A DNA stretch of 64,000 bases from Gemmatimonadota bacterium (GCA_039592335.1 JBDHBX010000003.1:131056-195055); one strand, 5' to 3'; shown: positions 17,321 through 27,119, counted from the first letter of the stretch. Program-made: numbers and translations. Notes: generated from the letters alone by a model not told the origin.

Positions 17321-18861
17321 ACCGTCGCCAGCAGGGACAGCGTCCCTACCCAGTCACCCAACCGGGCGTAGAGCGTCACCCCGTCGGTGGTGAGGATCTC
17401 GCGCGTCTCGAACGTGCGAACGTTGAGGGCGGTCCGCTGGTGCTCCCGCCCCAGGGGATCGACAAACTCCGAGATCCCCGAGTTGGCCGCCCTGGCAATG
17501 CCCACACGGTTCTCGATGGCGCGCATGACCAGGTGCGCGGCGTGCTGGTAGGGCCCAATGGTGCGGCCGAACCACGCGTCGTTCGTGATGTTGAGGAGGA
17601 ACTCCGCGCCGTTCCGCCGGTAGCCGCGCGCGAGGTTCTCGAACGCCGACTCGTAGCAGATCAGCGCCCCGAAACGCAGCACCGTGTCCGAGCCCCGCAG
17701 CCCGAGCTCGTACACCGGCAGCGCCGTGCCCGGTGTGAAGCCGCCGAAGAACCGCGAGTGGATCCAGCGCGGGCCGGCGATGGGCACGCGCTCCGTGATC
17801 GGCACCAGATACCGCTTGTGGTAGACGGGGTACCGGTCCGACAAGCCCCAGTCGTTGAACAGATACGCCGCGTTGTAGAACTCGACGCGACCCTCCTCCG
17901 TCTGCGCGAAGTCGAGAGCGCCGAGGAAGATCGAGGTCCGCGTGGCACCACCAAACTCCCTCACGTTCACCATCCATATCGGGTTCTGCCGGAAGTAACC
18001 CGGCACGGCGACCTCCGGCCACACGACCAGGTCGGGATCACGAGACCGCGCTTTCTCGAGCAGAGACTCATTCCCCCTCAGCGCCTCGGCGGTCAGGTGG
18101 AGCAGCCCGTTCACGATCGAGTCCTGCTGCGCCTGCTCCCACTTCTCCTCGTACCCGATGTTGGGCTGCACGACCGTCACCTTCCCCGCCGTCCGGAGAT
18201 CGACGGTGCGCTCGCGCACGACGCCGTACATCAGGGCCACCACGATGCCAATACCGACGCCGCCGGCGAGTACGCCGGCCTGCCGCCGCATGGCCCGGTG
18301 TCGCCAAGCGAGCGCGAGCGCGACGTTCGCGAGCACGAGGAGCCAGGTGACGCCCCGCGCGCCCACGATGTCGGCGAGCTGCACCACCGTGGGGTAGCCG
18401 GTGAGCGAGGTGCCCAGCCCCAGCCACGGGAAGCGGAAGTCACCCTGATGCCCCACGATCCACTCGAGCGCCGTCCACAGCAGCGGGAAAATGAGCAGCA
18501 CGGAGAGCCGCGTGGTCCGCATTACCCATCCGGTCACCGCGAACAGGACCGCACTGTAGAGCGCCAGGCCGATGACGGCGCCGGCGTATCCCAGGACGGA
18601 CAGCGGCGTGAAGTGCCACAGGGCAACGACCATCCAGTGGAGTAACAGACCGTTGGCCACCAGGCCGAACCAGAATCCCTGGGCCAGGTGCCGACGCACC
18701 GGCCGCGGGTCGTCGGCGCCTTCGAGGATCAGCCAGACGGCTGGGATGAGACAGAGAAACGAGGGGAGGAAGAGATGGAACGGCGGGTAGGCGGCGCAGG
18801 TGAGGAGGGCCCCACCAATCACCAGGCGCCAGTCCCCTGGCGGCAGCGCGAGCGCCTTCAC
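17284..18861 (-). CDS. lnt: Apolipoprotein N-acyltransferase
   Basis: Multi-TM N-terminal half plus a CN-hydrolase domain (VVWPE, ICYES). 525 aa. Confidence 0.9.
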   Translation of the reverse strand: MKALALPPGDWRLVIGGALLTCAAYPPFHLFLPSFLCLIPAVWLILEGADDPRPVRRHLAQGFWFGLVANGLLLHWMVVALWHFTPLSVLGYAGAVIGLALYSAVLFAVTGWVMRTTRLSVLLIFPLLWTALEWIVGHQGDFRFPWLGLGTSLTGYPTVVQLADIVGARGVTWLLVLANVALALAWRHRAMRRQAGVLAGGVGIGIVVALMYGVVRERTVDLRTAGKVTVVQPNIGYEEKWEQAQQDSIVNGLLHLTAEALRGNESLLEKARSRDPDLVVWPEVAVPGYFRQNPIWMVNVREFGGATRTSIFLGALDFAQTEEGRVEFYNAAYLFNDWGLSDRYPVYHKRYLVPITERVPIAGPRWIHSRFFGGFTPGTALPVYELGLRGSDTVLRFGALICYESAFENLARGYRRNGAEFLLNITNDAWFGRTIGPYQHAAHLVMRAIENRVGIARAANSGISEFVDPLGREHQRTALNVRTFETREILTTDGVTLYARLGDWVGTLSLLATVCLVGYTLWRRR

Positions 18862-18898
18862 AGGCCGACTTCGCAGCCGTCGGCCGCGGAGCGGTGGC

Positions 18899-19540
18899 TC
18901 ACGGACTCCCCTTACGAGGCAGACGATACGTCAGGCCGCCGCGCACCGATGCCGTCAGCAGCTCGGTCGTCGCCTCCCCGCGCGCGTCGGCCGTGAGCAC
19001 GAGCGATTTAGTGAGCCCGATCTCGAACCCGAGCGATCCGACGATGCCCACATCCACCATGTCCAGCGCCCGCTCCACGAAGGTCCCGTTGATCGCTTCG
19101 CCATCACCGTTGCGCAGATGCAACCCCAGACCCAGGCCCGTGTAGGGCCGCACGCGCCGCGCTGGCTCGAACAGGTAGTGGAAGTCGAGCGCGAGTCCGA
19201 AATCGGCCCAGCTGATCGTCCCCAAGTCGACCGCAACGGTGGGATCGTCGATGATGTCCTCGAGCTGGCGCTCGAACTCGTCGATCTCCTCCTGGCGGAA
19301 CTGGCCCTTGAAGTACGAAGCGCTGAGCAGCACTCGCACCTTGGGCGCGAAGTTGCCGAAGTCGATGCGCAGCGCACCGACGGGCTCGGTCGTCAGTCGA
19401 TTGGACCAGACCACACCGCCCTCGAGGCCGATGCCCGCGAGGCGAAGACCCTCATAGCTGAACTGATCCCAGAAGCCCTGGGCCCACACGGACCCCGGCA
19501 GGAGCAACATGGCGAGCCCGAGTCTAATACCAGCGCTCAA
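18899..19540 (-). CDS. Putative outer-membrane beta-barrel protein (hypothetical)
   Basis: Signal peptide ending VWAQG. Alternating hydrophobic strands and GLGLGLHL-type beta-barrel patterns. I recognised no specific family. Confidence 0.45.
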   Translation of the reverse strand: MSAGIRLGLAMLLLPGSVWAQGFWDQFSYEGLRLAGIGLEGGVVWSNRLTTEPVGALRIDFGNFAPKVRVLLSASYFKGQFRQEEIDEFERQLEDIIDDPTVAVDLGTISWADFGLALDFHYLFEPARRVRPYTGLGLGLHLRNGDGEAINGTFVERALDMVDVGIVGSLGFEIGLTKSLVLTADARGEATTELLTASVRGGLTYRLPRKGSP

Positions 19541-20747
19541 GAGTCGTTCCCGGGAAGTAGGTCGTCACGATCGTGTGCGCGTCCTGCCCGGCTCGCGCCC
19601 GGCCGACGGCTCCCCACTGGCACATCCCGACTCCGTGCCCCCACCCCGCGCCAGTTGCCGTGACGCGCTCGACTCGACCTTCACGCCGGTCGACGGCGAG
19701 CTGGAAGGCGCTGCTGCCCAGGGACCGCCCGTCCGGTCTGGTGAAGACGGCGCGAACGTCGGGACCGAACACGGGTATCTCACCGCGGCTCACCTCGATC
19801 CGCACTTCGGCAACCCTGCCCGACGGTCCCGTGCGCTGCACACGCACATCGCGCAACTCGTCGAGCATAGCGGTCTCCACACCGAGCCGTGAGGACACCG
19901 TTCGCCGTAATATACGCTCCAGCGTTGCCGCGTCCCACTCGACCGTCCAGCGGAAGTTGGGCGAGATATCGCAGTAGTGCCCGCCCGACCGCCGATCCGA
20001 CACGGGCGTCAGGTACGGCAGCCGCCGGCCGAAGCGGAACACCTCCTCGGGCGAGGCGGTGGAGTATCCGCAGGTCGAGTGGTAGAAGGTGCTGATAAGC
20101 TCCCCGCGGTAGGTGACCACCGTCCCCGAAGTCGAGCGTACGCCGGCCCACCCGCGATCGCTCTCGACCTCCACGCCCCCATACGCCTGATCCGTCACCG
20201 TCGCCCGGAGATCATAGCCTTCCGCCGCGAACCGGCCGCGGTTCTTGAGCGCGTAGGTCCGCGTCACGATAGCTTGGGCCTCGACTGCCGCCTGCTCGTT
20301 CGGGGCGCGTCGCCCCAGCTCGGCATTCACCACCCCAGCGACGTACGCCTCGAGCGACAGCTCGTTCACCGCGTTGAGGGCCCCATCGTGGACGAACACC
20401 TCGACGACCCCGCGGTAGGGCTTGCCGTTCACCTCTACGAACCGCGAGCGATCGAGGCTGACGAAGGTGATACGCTCGTACCGCCCGGCACCGGGTCCTG
20501 ACACCCGAATGGCGCGGCCGTCGGGAGCCACGCGCACCTCTGCGTCCGCAGAGACTCGGAAGGCCACGCTGCCGCTCACCACGCCGCCAACGGTTCCCTC
20601 CCCCGTGATGCGTACCTCGCTCGCACCTACCACCAGGCCGATGCGAACGTCGGGCTCGTCGGTCACGCCGGGCGAGGGAGTCGGCTTGCCGCACGCCGCG
20701 AGCAGCGTCGCGATCCCGACCCCGAGTAGCACCGAGGACGGCCTCAT
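19524..20747 (-). CDS. SpoIID/LytB-domain protein (amidase enhancer/lytic transglycosylase family)
   Basis: Conserved SpoIID blocks LEAYVAGVV..E, FYHSTCGYSTAS and GHGVGMCQWGA. Confidence 0.85.
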   Translation of the reverse strand: MRPSSVLLGVGIATLLAACGKPTPSPGVTDEPDVRIGLVVGASEVRITGEGTVGGVVSGSVAFRVSADAEVRVAPDGRAIRVSGPGAGRYERITFVSLDRSRFVEVNGKPYRGVVEVFVHDGALNAVNELSLEAYVAGVVNAELGRRAPNEQAAVEAQAIVTRTYALKNRGRFAAEGYDLRATVTDQAYGGVEVESDRGWAGVRSTSGTVVTYRGELISTFYHSTCGYSTASPEEVFRFGRRLPYLTPVSDRRSGGHYCDISPNFRWTVEWDAATLERILRRTVSSRLGVETAMLDELRDVRVQRTGPSGRVAEVRIEVSRGEIPVFGPDVRAVFTRPDGRSLGSSAFQLAVDRREGRVERVTATGAGWGHGVGMCQWGAVGRARAGQDAHTIVTTYFPGTTLERWY

Positions 20748-22069
20748 TCTCCCTCCGGCCTCGCCGTGGCGTGGAAGTCGTAGTCGACGTTGTCGTCGAG
20801 GGTGACGCGGAGAAGATCACCGGGCCGGGCCCAGCCACCCTGCGCCACAAAGGTCACCCCGTCCACATCGTCGGCCTGCCAGGGAGTGCGCCCCACGTGG
20901 GTCGCCCCCGCTTCGTCGGGGTCGGCGATGCGATCCACCAGCAGCGCAATCTCACGACCTACGTAGCGCCCGAGCCGCTCCTCGGAGATCGTCCGCTGCA
21001 GCTCCAGCAGCTCCTCCTGCCGCGCTCGCTTCACGTCGTCGGGCACGTCGTCGTCGAACTCGGCGGCGCGAGTGCCCTCCTGCTCGGAGTATGTGAACAC
21101 GCCGAGCCGCTCGAACGTCATCTCCTCGGCGAAATCCAACAGCGTCCTGAAGTCCGCGTCGGTCTCGCCCGGAAATCCTACGATCGTCGTGGTGCGGATC
21201 GTGATGTCGGGGATGCGCGACCGGAGCCGGGACACCTTCTCGCGAATCGAGTCGCGTCGCTCCGGACGGCGCATGCGCTCGAGCACCGAGTCCGATGCGT
21301 GCTGGATCGGGATGTCGAGGTAGGGCACGATGCGAGGCTCGCCGGCCATCAGCTCCACGAGCCGCTCGGTGAGACCCGCGGAGTACACGTAGAGCAGACG
21401 GAACCACGGCACGCTCGTCCCCTCCAGCAACGCCTCCAGGAGGTCCGGCAACTGGGGTCCGCCGCGCCCCAGATCACGACCGAAATGTCCCAAGTCCTGC
21501 GCCACCAGGTTGATCTCCTTCGCGCCCTGGGCCTCCAACTGGCGCGCCTCCCGCACCAGCCGCTCCACGGGCTCGGAGCGGTGCTTGCCCCGCATCAGCG
21601 GGATGGCACAGAAGGCGCAGCCGTGGTCGCACCCTTCGGAGATCTTGAGGTAGCGCACGTGCGGCGCGTCGCCGAGGTACTGGCGCACGCCGGGATGGCT
21701 CGCAGCCGGATCGTCGATCAGCCCCCGTTCCGCCAGTGCGGGCACGAGCGTGTGGAGGTCGTGGAACCCGAGGAGGAGATCCACGTCGGGCATCTCCTGT
21801 CGCAACTCGTCCTGGTAGCGTTGCACCAGGCAGCCGACGGCGACCACCGCCTTGACGTCGCCCGCCTGCTTCAGATCGGCGGCGTGCAGGATGGCCTCGA
21901 TCGATTCCCGCTTCGCGGCGTCGATGAAGCCGCACGTATTCACGAGCACGACATCGGCCGCACCCAGGTTCCCCACGACCTCGGCACCGTGTCCCACGAG
22001 GTCACCGACCAGACGCTCGGAGTCGACGGTCGCCTTGTCACAGCCGAGGGAGATGATGCCGAGTTTCAT
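20744..22069 (-). CDS. rimO: Ribosomal protein S12 methylthiotransferase (radical SAM MTTase)
   Basis: MKLGIISLGCDKATVDSE N-terminus. Radical-SAM CDHGCAFCAIP. TRAM-like C-terminus. ATG 22069 fits better than the listed start at 22117. Confidence 0.9.
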   Translation of the reverse strand: MKLGIISLGCDKATVDSERLVGDLVGHGAEVVGNLGAADVVLVNTCGFIDAAKRESIEAILHAADLKQAGDVKAVVAVGCLVQRYQDELRQEMPDVDLLLGFHDLHTLVPALAERGLIDDPAASHPGVRQYLGDAPHVRYLKISEGCDHGCAFCAIPLMRGKHRSEPVERLVREARQLEAQGAKEINLVAQDLGHFGRDLGRGGPQLPDLLEALLEGTSVPWFRLLYVYSAGLTERLVELMAGEPRIVPYLDIPIQHASDSVLERMRRPERRDSIREKVSRLRSRIPDITIRTTTIVGFPGETDADFRTLLDFAEEMTFERLGVFTYSEQEGTRAAEFDDDVPDDVKRARQEELLELQRTISEERLGRYVGREIALLVDRIADPDEAGATHVGRTPWQADDVDGVTFVAQGGWARPGDLLRVTLDDNVDYDFHATARPEGE

Positions 22070-22095
22070 CGAGACTGAATATAGGGGGGAATGGA

Positions 22096-22137
22096 AAACG
22101 GGGAACGGCGCGCCCATCCACTGTCCGTTCCCTGTTT
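22096..22137 (-). terminator. Intrinsic terminator downstream of the sigma-factor gene
   Basis: GGGGAACGG (22100-22108) pairs with CCGTTCCC (22125-22132) and is extended by A/T pairs. On the minus strand the stem is followed by CGUUUUCC. Confidence 0.6.
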
Positions 22138-22154
22138 CGAGCTTGCGCCTGCCG

Positions 22155-23012
22155 CTACGAGAGGAAGCTCTCCAGCGCCCTCGCCCGGCTCACGTGCCGC
22201 AGCCTGGCGAGGGCCTTCTCCTTGATCTGCCTTACCCGCTCGCGGGTGATGCCCATCATGCTGCCGATCTCCTCGAGCGTCATGGGCTCCTGTCCGTCGA
22301 GGCCGAAATAGAGCCGCAGGATCTTGGCTTCGCGCTCCTTGAGCGTGCTCAGCACCTCCTCGATGGAGTCCGACAACGCCCGCTCGAAAGTCTCCTGGTC
22401 GGGCCCGGCGTTCTGCGTGTCGGGCAGGTAGTCCAGCAGCTTGTTGTCTTCCCCGGGAGTGAGCGGCGCATCGAGGGAAAGGTGACTCTGGGAGATGGAC
22501 AGGGTCTTGGCGACCTCCTCCTCGGAGATGTCCATCCCCTCGGCAATCTCCTCCACCGTGGGCTCGCGTCCCAGTTCCTGTTGTAGCGCCGACGAGCGCT
22601 TGCCAATCCGGTGCAACGTGCCTGCGCGATTGAGCGGCACTCGAACGATACGGCTCTGCTCGGCGAGCGCCTGGAGAATCGCCTGTCGGATCCACCACAC
22701 GGCGTAGGAGATGAACTTGATACCCTTAGTCTCGTCGAACTTGTGGGCCGCCCGAATGAGACCGAGGTTGCCCTCATTGATGAGGTCGGAGAGGCTCACG
22801 CCCTGGTTCTGGTACTTCTTGGCGACCGAGACGACGAAGCGGAGGTTGCTTCGCACCAGCTTGTCGAGCGACTCCTCGTCGCTCTGCTTGATCTGCTTCG
22901 CCAGCTCGACCTCTTCCTCCCGGCTGATCAGCGGATACTGACTGATCTCCCGGAGGTACTGGTCCAGCGAGCCTTCGTCGACAGAAGTCTTCCGGGCGGG
23001 GCCGAGTCGCAT
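22155..23012 (-). CDS. RpoD/SigA-family sigma-70 factor (short, 285 aa; regions 1.2-4)
   Basis: YLREI..YPLISREEE, NLRFVVSVAKKY, GNLGLIRAAHKFD, ISYAVWWIRQAI and a region 4 HTH LEEIGSMMGITRERVRQI. GGAGGAA SD upstream of ATG 23012. Confidence 0.9.
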   Translation of the reverse strand: MRLGPARKTSVDEGSLDQYLREISQYPLISREEEVELAKQIKQSDEESLDKLVRSNLRFVVSVAKKYQNQGVSLSDLINEGNLGLIRAAHKFDETKGIKFISYAVWWIRQAILQALAEQSRIVRVPLNRAGTLHRIGKRSSALQQELGREPTVEEIAEGMDISEEEVAKTLSISQSHLSLDAPLTPGEDNKLLDYLPDTQNAGPDQETFERALSDSIEEVLSTLKEREAKILRLYFGLDGQEPMTLEEIGSMMGITRERVRQIKEKALARLRHVSRARALESFLS

Positions 23013-23281
23013 ACGAGCAGTTCCTCCGACGGGTCCTCTAGTGGGAACCTGCGCTATACGACAACGGGCAGCCAGTCGAAGCGGCGCCCGTATTCATCCC
23101 GGCACGATCAGCGTACGCGGCGGTGTCACAACAGACGGGGAGGTCAAGGATCCCGACCGATCGCAGCGATAGGTCGGAGCGAGGCGAACCTTGTGCACAG
23201 CGGAATGCGCAGTGTATCCCAACCGCTGCCAACCGGACGCGATCCTGCAGGGTCGATCTCCCCCCAAAGAGCTTTTTTACG

Positions 23282-23533
23282 TTAGTCAGGCCGAGCCAAC
23301 GGCGCAACTGCCACGGACCACCCGCGGGCCGCCGCCCAGGCACGCAGGGCCGTCGCCAGCTCGCCGACCTCGCACTCGTGCTCCAGCGTTGCACTCACAC
23401 ACGCCGCGCGCTCACCCGCTGCGAGCTCCGCCCGCACCACCCTGGCTCGCGGTACACCCCGGAGCGACTCGAGATCCAATGCCGCGCCACCCACACTCAA
23501 TATGACGGCGACGGACGCGCGCAGGTTCCGCAT
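23282..23533 (-). CDS. Hypothetical 83-aa protein (weakly supported)
   Basis: The only ORF with genome-like GC3 in a 650-bp gap. No family recognised and no clear SD. Confidence 0.25.
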   Translation of the reverse strand: MRNLRASVAVILSVGGAALDLESLRGVPRARVVRAELAAGERAACVSATLEHECEVGELATALRAWAAARGWSVAVAPLARPD

Positions 23534-23667
23534 GCCGCCATCATGTCACCATCGCCGATCCACCACCGAACGATTGCTGTGCCGTGAGTGGCCCTTCTTC
23601 GCCGCAGCCCGCTGCTCCAGCCCCGCCACCCAAAACAGAGGACGGGGAACAGGGAACGGTCGGACGC

Positions 23668-25023
23668 TCATGCGCGTTGCAGCCCGTACTTCTCGATCTT
23701 CTTGTACAGGTTGCTGCGCGGCATGTCGAGCTTGCGAGCCGTTTCGCTCACGTTCCAGCCGTTCTCCTCGAGTTTGGCCTCGAGGAAGGCACGCTCCGCC
23801 GTCTGCTTGAACGCCTCGAAGGTGTCGCAGTGGATCAGGTTGCCCACCGCGGCGTCCGCGGTGGCACCGGTGAGGCGGGCCACGTCTGCCGCGGTCACCT
23901 CCTCGCCGGCCGAGAGAATGACCAGGCGCTCGACGGCATTCCTGAGCTCCCGCACGTTCCCGGGCCAGTCGCGACCCTCCAGCGCCAGGACCGCGTCTTC
24001 CGCGAAGGTCTTGGGCTTCACCCCGCTGTCCCGTGCCAGGTCGGCCACGAACCGCTCGATGAGGAGCGGGATGTCCTCCCGGCGTCCGCGGAGCGGTGGC
24101 ACCTCGACCGGCACCACGTTCAGCCGGTAGTACAGGTCCTCCCGGAACCGACCCGCCGCGATCTCCTCGTCGATGTTCTTGTTCGTCGCGGCGATGACGC
24201 GCACATCGACCGAGACCGGCTTGGTGGCGCCAATGCGGGTGACCACACCTTCCTCCAGCGCGCGCAACACCTTGGCCTGCGCGGCGGCGCTCATGTCACC
24301 CACCTCGTCCAGGAACAGCGTGCCGCCGTCGGCCTGCTCGAACTTGCCCGCCCGGTCGGCAAACGCCCCGGTGAACGAGCCCTTCATGTGTCCGAACAGC
24401 TCGCTCTCGATGAGCTCGCTGGGGATGGCTGCGCAATTGACTTCCACGAACGGCTGGCCGGCCCGCGGCGACCCCCGGTGAACGCCGCGAGCGACCAGCT
24501 CCTTGCCGCTCCCGTTCTCGCCGGTGATGAGCACCCGCGCGGCCGTTGGGGCGACCTTGTCGATGATCTCGATGAGATGTCGGATCGCGGCGCTGTCACC
24601 CACGATGGCGTACTTGTCGCCGACCGACGCTCGCAAGCGCACGTTCTCCGACTCGAGCTCCGCCTGCTCGAGCGCGTGGCGCAGCGTGAGCAGGATGCGA
24701 TCGGTGTCGAGCGGCTTCTCGAGAAAATCATAGGCGCCGCGCTGCGTGGCCTCAACCGCCGTCTGGATGGTCCCGTGGCCCGAGATCATGACCACCTGCG
24801 CCGCCGGATCTTGCTCCCGCATCCGGGACAGCGTCTCGAGGCCATCCATGCCCGCCATCTTCACGTCAAGCAGCACCAGGTGCGGGAGGAACTCCGGGTA
24901 CGCGTTGAGCGCGGCGGCACCGGACTCCTCGGTGTGCACCTCGATACCTTCATACTCGAGGATCTGACGCAGCGCCTCGCGCACGCCCTTCTCGTCGTCC
25001 ACCACCAGAACCCGTTTCGCCAT
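23668..25023 (-). CDS. Sigma-54-dependent response regulator (REC, AAA+, Fis-type HTH; NtrC family)
   Basis: REC with VLVVDDE..LLDVKM..EKPL. AAA+ Walker A GENGSGKE. GSFTGA (GAFTGA-type) loop. C-terminal HTH. ATG 25023 shares a TGATG overlap with the upstream gene's stop. Confidence 0.9.
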   Translation of the reverse strand: MAKRVLVVDDEKGVREALRQILEYEGIEVHTEESGAAALNAYPEFLPHLVLLDVKMAGMDGLETLSRMREQDPAAQVVMISGHGTIQTAVEATQRGAYDFLEKPLDTDRILLTLRHALEQAELESENVRLRASVGDKYAIVGDSAAIRHLIEIIDKVAPTAARVLITGENGSGKELVARGVHRGSPRAGQPFVEVNCAAIPSELIESELFGHMKGSFTGAFADRAGKFEQADGGTLFLDEVGDMSAAAQAKVLRALEEGVVTRIGATKPVSVDVRVIAATNKNIDEEIAAGRFREDLYYRLNVVPVEVPPLRGRREDIPLLIERFVADLARDSGVKPKTFAEDAVLALEGRDWPGNVRELRNAVERLVILSAGEEVTAADVARLTGATADAAVGNLIHCDTFEAFKQTAERAFLEAKLEENGWNVSETARKLDMPRSNLYKKIEKYGLQRA

Positions 25024-25682
25024 CACTCGTCCCACCGGTAGAAGGTCACACCACTCGGACCGACCTCCACGTCACCTACCGTGCGTGGCACTGGCAGGAT
25101 GAATTGCCCCTCCGAACCGCCGGTAAGGTAATTCACCAGCCTCGGAATCGCGGAGTGCGGCAACGGGAATGCCATGACCGTCACCGCGTCGGGCGTCCAA
25201 CTTACCATCCCCGTGTCCCGCACGGCGACCGCCCCGCCGACCCGGATGGGCTGCCGCCCGTGGACATACCCCGCGAGCGGGCCGAGGAGTTCCCTGCTGA
25301 ACACTTCCATCAACACCTGTCCATCCAGCGTGACCCGCTCCTCCGTCAGGGTCAGCCGCAGCGAGTCCAGCGCCCGGCGCGCCACAGGATCCAGCCGGCT
25401 TTGAATGATCGACGCCATCTCGTCGGCGGTGAGGCGCACGCGCTCGGCGCCGCCGCGCCGCGCAATCAACTCCTCCTTGCGCAGCGCCGAACGCAGCGAC
25501 GCGTCGCTCGGCACCCCCACGGCCGGCTCTTGAGGAGGCGCATCCGCCGGCTCCTGGCCGGCCACCGAGCGAACACCTGTGACGATGGGTCGACGGTACT
25601 CCCAGGCGGCGAAGCCAGCCGCCACAAACACGGTCAGCGCTCCGATGAGCGCCAGCGCGTCGCGAAGGCACCCGCCCCTCAT
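25023..25682 (-). CDS. Hypothetical membrane-anchored protein
   Basis: ATG 25682 (ATGA overlap with the thpR stop) gives MRGGCLRDALALIGALTVFVAAGFAAW (TM). The listed start at 25967 would run through thpR. Confidence 0.5.
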   Translation of the reverse strand: MRGGCLRDALALIGALTVFVAAGFAAWEYRRPIVTGVRSVAGQEPADAPPQEPAVGVPSDASLRSALRKEELIARRGGAERVRLTADEMASIIQSRLDPVARRALDSLRLTLTEERVTLDGQVLMEVFSRELLGPLAGYVHGRQPIRVGGAVAVRDTGMVSWTPDAVTVMAFPLPHSAIPRLVNYLTGGSEGQFILPVPRTVGDVEVGPSGVTFYRWDE

Positions 25683-26236
25683 GCCAGCGCTACCACCCGC
25701 CGCCGCGTGTACCGCGCACCCTGCGGCGTCAGCGTGCTCTGCATCAGATCCACCGACTCCACGGACACCTCCGTCTCGTACACCAGCGAATCCAAATCGG
25801 TCGCGAGCCCGGCAAGCGCTGCCGGTCGGGCGTCCCGCTTCACGCGACCGAGCGTGAGGTGTGGGTGGAACGGACGCCCCTCGGTCGGAAACCCGAGACG
25901 CTCCATCTCCTGCTCCATACGATGCTGCAGCAGCTCGAGGGGTGGTACCGGCTCGAGGCCGGCCCATACCACGCGCGGACGCTGTGCCGACGGAAACGCC
26001 CCGAAGCCGCCCACGGGGAGCGGGAAGGGTTTGGCGCCGACCGCCGCCGCCGCGACACCGCTGGCAATCTCAGCTTCGCGCGTGGCGTCCACGTCCCCGA
26101 GGAACTTGAGCGTGAGGTGAATCGATTCGGCCGCGACCCAGCGGACCGGATACCGTGCCGCGCGCAGCGGCGCGGCCACTTCCCACAGCGTCTCTCGGAC
26201 GTCCGTGGGAAGATTGACCGCGATGAACAGTCGCAT
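25679..26236 (-). CDS. thpR: RNA 2',3'-cyclic phosphodiesterase (2H family, LigT/ThpR)
   Basis: Two HxT/S motifs: IHLTLKFLG and HPHLTLGR. Confidence 0.85.
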   Translation of the reverse strand: MRLFIAVNLPTDVRETLWEVAAPLRAARYPVRWVAAESIHLTLKFLGDVDATREAEIASGVAAAAVGAKPFPLPVGGFGAFPSAQRPRVVWAGLEPVPPLELLQHRMEQEMERLGFPTEGRPFHPHLTLGRVKRDARPAALAGLATDLDSLVYETEVSVESVDLMQSTLTPQGARYTRRRVVALA

Positions 26237-26242
26237 CGAGGA

Positions 26243-27070
26243 TCAGGTACGCTCGGTGAGTAACTCGAGCGGGGTCTCGCTCGCCGAGAGGAGGCTTCCC
26301 CGACGATAGCCGGTGAGGTCGAGCGTCACCCGATCGAAGCCGAGCGCGAGCAGGCGCTCGCCGATGACCTCCCGCTGTCTGCGCACGCGCGGGAACTCCG
26401 ACGCGGCTACCTCAATGCGCGCCTCGCGCCCGCGATGCCGCACCCGCAGATCACCCTCGACCCCCACCGCGCGCAGCGCCGCCTCACCCTGCTCGACCTG
26501 ACGCAGCCGGTCCGGCGTCACCGACAGCCCGTACAGCACACGGCTCGAGAGACACGGGGCGGCCGGCGCGTCCCAATTGGGCAATCCAAGCCCCCGCGCG
26601 GCGGCGCGTACGTCGGCTTTGGTATATCCCGCCTCTGCCAGTGGCGAGCGAATCTCGCGCTCGCGCGCGGCGGCGAGCCCAGGCCGATGCTCTCCCAGGT
26701 CATCGGCATTAGTGCCGTCGGCCACGACCGCGATGCCGCGGTCGGCAGCGAGCGCGGCGAGCTTCGTCCACAGCTCACGCTTACAGAAGTAGCAGCGATC
26801 GGTGGGGTTAGCGACGTAGTCGGGGTCGTCCATCTCGTCGGTCCGCACCTCCACGAGCTGGAGGTCGAACCGTCGCGCGAGGTCGCGCGCCCGGTCGCGC
26901 TGGTCGGCCGACAGGGAGGGGCTGAGCGCCAGGGCCGCCATCGAGAGTTCCTTGCCCAGCACTCGCCGCGACACCACCGCGAGCACCGAGGAGTCCACAC
27001 CACCCGAGTACCCCACGAGCAGCGACGGGACGGCGCCGATCAGCGCTTCGAGCTTCGACGCGTCGGACAT
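26243..27070 (-). CDS. PP-loop ATP pyrophosphatase, LarE/TIGR00268-like
   Basis: LVGYSGGVDSSVLA (SGGxDS PP-loop) and a conserved CYFCK. I prefer ATG 27070 over the listed 27154. Confidence 0.8.
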   Translation of the reverse strand: MSDASKLEALIGAVPSLLVGYSGGVDSSVLAVVSRRVLGKELSMAALALSPSLSADQRDRARDLARRFDLQLVEVRTDEMDDPDYVANPTDRCYFCKRELWTKLAALAADRGIAVVADGTNADDLGEHRPGLAAAREREIRSPLAEAGYTKADVRAAARGLGLPNWDAPAAPCLSSRVLYGLSVTPDRLRQVEQGEAALRAVGVEGDLRVRHRGREARIEVAASEFPRVRRQREVIGERLLALGFDRVTLDLTGYRRGSLLSASETPLELLTERT

Positions 27071-27119
27071 GCGCGAATTAATAACGGCGGAGGGAAGAGG
27101 ATGGAAGGCAGATCCTGCC

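Noticed and set aside
23534-23667. Search for a sigma-54 promoter downstream of the NtrC-type regulator (CGGCACAGCAATCG on the minus strand)
   Set aside because: The spacing and -12 element do not fit GG-N10-GC, so no credible -24/-12 site is present.
25023-25967. 314-aa version of the hypothetical membrane protein
   Set aside because: The extension overlaps thpR. ATG 25682 gives ATGA coupling and a sensible N-terminal TM helix.
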